From Macrostomum lignano (Eukaryota): DNA of 64,000 nt. The notes beneath the pieces were generated by a model that saw only the letters and a list, made by a program, of their open reading frames with translations, had not been told where the DNA came from and did no database searches. The stretch covers positions 1 through 64,000 of the forward strand of contig NIVC01001379.1 in NCBI GenBank assembly GCA_002269645.1. The letters are read 5' to 3'. The position numbers were made by a program, and so were the translations under genes. Positions 61,126 to 64,000 of the stretch are shown piece by piece (the first letter of the stretch is position 1; each line of letters opens with the position of its first letter).

Positions 61126-63324
61126 CTCGCTTCGCTCGCTCTTTCTCGCTATCTACCATCTATTGCCAGGACCTGCACCGGAGCGGTTACGAAAATTAGA
61201 TTTCTCGGTAGTTGCTCGCACTCTTTTGCACTACTTGAGTAGTCTGATTTTCGTTCGGCAGCTGGTTCCAGCAGGTAGTTCCTCTGGATAAAAGCGCTTA
61301 CCGCGCCCATTGGCTTTCCAGCTGCCTTAATCGTTTCCGGTGATCTTGTGTGCGTGCATTCAGCTTGATTGGCTGCGGCAAGCAAGCTCGAAAGAGCTCG
61401 CTTCGCTCGCTCTTTCTCGCTATCTACCATCTATTGCCAGGACCTGCACCGGAGCGGTTACGAAAATTAGATTTCTCGGTAGTTGCTCGCACTCTTTTGC
61501 ACTACTTGAGTAGTCTGATTTTCGTTCGGCAGCTGGTTCCAGCAGGTAGTTCCTCTGGATAAAAGCGCTTACCGCGCCCATTGGCTTTCCAGCTGCCTTA
61601 ATCGTTTCCGGTGATCTTGTGTGCGTGCATTCAGCTTGATTGGCTGCGGCAAGCAAGCTCGAAAGAGCTCGCTTCGCTCGCTCTTTCTCGCTATCTACCA
61701 TCTATTGCCAGGACCTGCACCGGAGCGGTTACGAAAATTAGATTTCTCGGTAGTTGCTCGCACTCTTTTGCACTACTTGAGTAGTCTGATTTTCGTTCGG
61801 CAGCTGGTTCCAGCAGGTAGTTCCTCTGGATAAAAGCGCTTACCGCGCCCATTGGCTTTCCAGCTGCCTTAATCGTTTCCGGTGATCTTGTGTGCGTGCA
61901 TTCAGCTTGATTGGCTGCGGCAAGCAAGCTCGAAAGAGCTCGCTTCGCTCGCTCTTTCTCGCTATCTACCATCTATTGCCAGGACCTGCACCGGAGCGGT
62001 TACGAAAATTAGATTTCTCGGTAGTTGCTCGCACTCTTTTGCACTACTTGAGTAGTCTGATTTTCGTTCGGCAGCTGGTTCCAGCAGGTAGTTCCTCTGG
62101 ATAAAAGCGCTTACCGCGCCCATTGGCTTTCCAGCTGCCTTAATCGTTTCCGGTGATCTTGTGTGCGTGCATTCAGCTTGATTGGCTGCGGCAAGCAAGC
62201 TCGAAAGAGCTCGCTTCGCTCGCTCTTTCTCGCTATCTACCATCTATTGCCAGGACCTGCACCGGAGCGGTTACGAAAATTAGATTTCTCGGTAGTTGCT
62301 CGCACTCTTTTGCACTACTTGAGTAGTCTGATTTTCGTTCGGCAGCTGGTTCCAGCAGGTAGTTCCTCTGGATAAAAGCGCTTACCGCGCCCATTGGCTT
62401 TCCAGCTGCCTTAATCGTTTCCGGTGATCTTGTGTGCGTGCATTCAGCTTGATTGGCTGCGGCAAGCAAGCTCGAAAGAGCTCGCTTCGCTCGCTCTTTC
62501 TCGCTATCTACCATCTATTGCCAGGACCTGCACCGGAGCGGTTACGAAAATTAGATTTCTCGGTAGTTGCTCGCACTCTTTTGCACTACTTGAGTAGTCT
62601 GATTTTCGTTCGGCAGCTGGTTCCAGCAGGTAGTTCCTCTGGATAAAAGCGCTTACCGCGCCCATTGGCTTTCCAGCTGCCTTAATCGTTTCCGGTGATC
62701 TTGTGTGCGTGCATTCAGCTTGATTGGCTGCGGCAAGCAAGCTCGAAAGAGCTCGCTTCGCTCGCTCTTTCTCGCTATCTACCATCTATTGCCAGGACCT
62801 GCACCGGAGCGGTTACGAAAATTAGATTTCTCGGTAGTTGCTCGCACTCTTTTGCACTACTTGAGTAGTCTGATTTTCGTTCGGCAGCTGGTTCCAGCAG
62901 GTAGTTCCTCTGGATAAAAGCGCTTACCGCGCCCATTGGCTTTCCAGCTGCCTTAATCGTTTCCGGTGATCTTGTGTGCGTGCATTCAGCTTGATTGGCT
63001 GCGGCAAGCAAGCTCGAAAGAGCTCGCTTCGCTCGCTCTTTCTCGCTATCTACCATCTATTGCCAGGACCTGCACCGGAGCGGTTACGAAAATTAGATTT
63101 CTCGGTAGTTGCTCGCACTCTTTTGCACTACTTGAGTAGTCTGATTTTCGTTCGGCAGCTGGTTCCAGCAGGTAGTTCCTCTGGATAAAAGCGCTTACCG
63201 CGCCCATTGGCTTTCCAGCTGCCTTAATCGTTTCCGGTGATCTTGTGTGCGTGCATTCAGCTTGATTGGCTGCGGCAAGCAAGCTCGAAAGAGCTCGCTT
63301 CGCTCGCTCTTTCTCGCTATCTAC
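61126..63324. repeat. Tandem array of 8 apparently identical 271-bp units plus a 31-bp partial unit
   Basis: Units start at 61126, 61397, 61668, 61939, 62210, 62481, 62752, 63023; identical ORFs recur every 271 bp; flanked on both sides by (TATC)n. Confidence 0.97.
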
Positions 63325-63386
63325 TATCTATCTATCTATCTATCTATCTACAATATCTATCTATCTATCTATCTATCTATCTACAA

Positions 63387-63455
<69 letters not shown>

Positions 63456-63465
63456 CTATCTATAT
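63325..63465. repeat. (TATC)n microsatellite, right flank of the 271-bp array
   Basis: Direct reading. Confidence 0.97.
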
Positions 63466-63559
63466 ATATATATCCGCTGGAATAGTAGTTTACTAGCCAA
63501 TCCCAACCCCCGTTGGGGCTTTCCGTCCAAACTCCAACCACAGTTTTCCCCATCCACAA

Positions 63560-63960
63560 AATCCCCGATGCAAAGAATCTCACATGCAAAGAATCCCCCA
63601 TCCAAAGAACCCCTATCGATAGAATCACCGATCCGAAGAATTCCCCATTCAATGAATCCCCTACTCAAGAAATTCCCGATCTACAGAAGCCCCCTATCTA
63701 AAGAATCCCCATCCAAAGAATCTCTCATCCACAGAATCCCCATCCAAAGAATCCCTCATCCACAGAATCCAAATACCCTGGTATAAAGAATCCTCCATCC
63801 ATCCCTATCCAAAGAATTTCCTCATTCATTCCTATCCAAAGAATTTCCTCATTCATTCCTACCTAAAGAATCCCCCATCCATCCATATCCAAAGAATCCC
63901 CCCCAATTAATCCCCGTCCAAATAATTCACATCATAATCCCCATCTAAATAAACCATAGA
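63560..63960. repeat. Degenerate (AAGAATCCCCATCC)-like repeat
   Basis: Direct reading. Confidence 0.75.
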
Positions 63961-64000
63961 TCTCCCATCTAAATAATCCGCCATCAAAGAAATAATTGGC

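Noticed and set aside
61126-63324. CRISPR array, SL RNA, snRNA, 5S or 7SL cluster, or hammerhead retrozyme
   Set aside because: Units are identical with no unique spacers and the context is eukaryotic; I recognised no U1/U2/U4/U5/U6, 5S or SRP signature, no clear Pol III A/B boxes and no CUGANGA core on either strand. A covariance-model search is still needed to exclude divergent RNAs.

Overview
Eukaryotic (metazoan) genomic DNA: GC-rich exons, AT-rich intergenic DNA, and almost every large intron filled with its own micro/minisatellite. This architecture resembles the flatworm Macrostomum lignano, which is my inference only. Five spliced protein-coding genes could be reconstructed by hand with consistent splice phases: (1) a gp130/Domeless-like single-pass receptor (signal peptide, Ig, cytokine-receptor-like module, FnIII repeats, TM; +, ~1.9-13.7 kb); (2) a cationic amino-acid transporter of the SLC7/CAT family (+, 20.05-23.9 kb); (3) an EF-hand nicotinamidase, Naam-like (+, 27.96-32.3 kb, with a GC-AG intron); (4) a class A peptide GPCR (+, 38.75-42.1 kb); (5) the 3' part of a Pro/Gln-rich gene with three DPR motifs (-, 60.85-53.7 kb). 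Mobile DNA: an apparently young, ORF-intact Chapaev/Transib(RAG1)-related DNA transposon (54789-57802, CAC...GTG termini, ~130-bp TIRs, 4-bp TSD), three copies of a tRNA-derived CORE-SINE, a decayed LTR retroelement carrying a nested hAT MITE, and an RTE-like LINE fragment. The most unusual features are that transposon, an array of 8 apparently identical 271-bp units that parse as in-frame exon plus mini-intron and are strongly self-complementary, and several intronic tandem repeats built from the splice junctions themselves. Five single-base frameshifts in GC-rich exons look like assembly errors. Most long ORFs in the supplied track are translations of simple repeats and are not genes.
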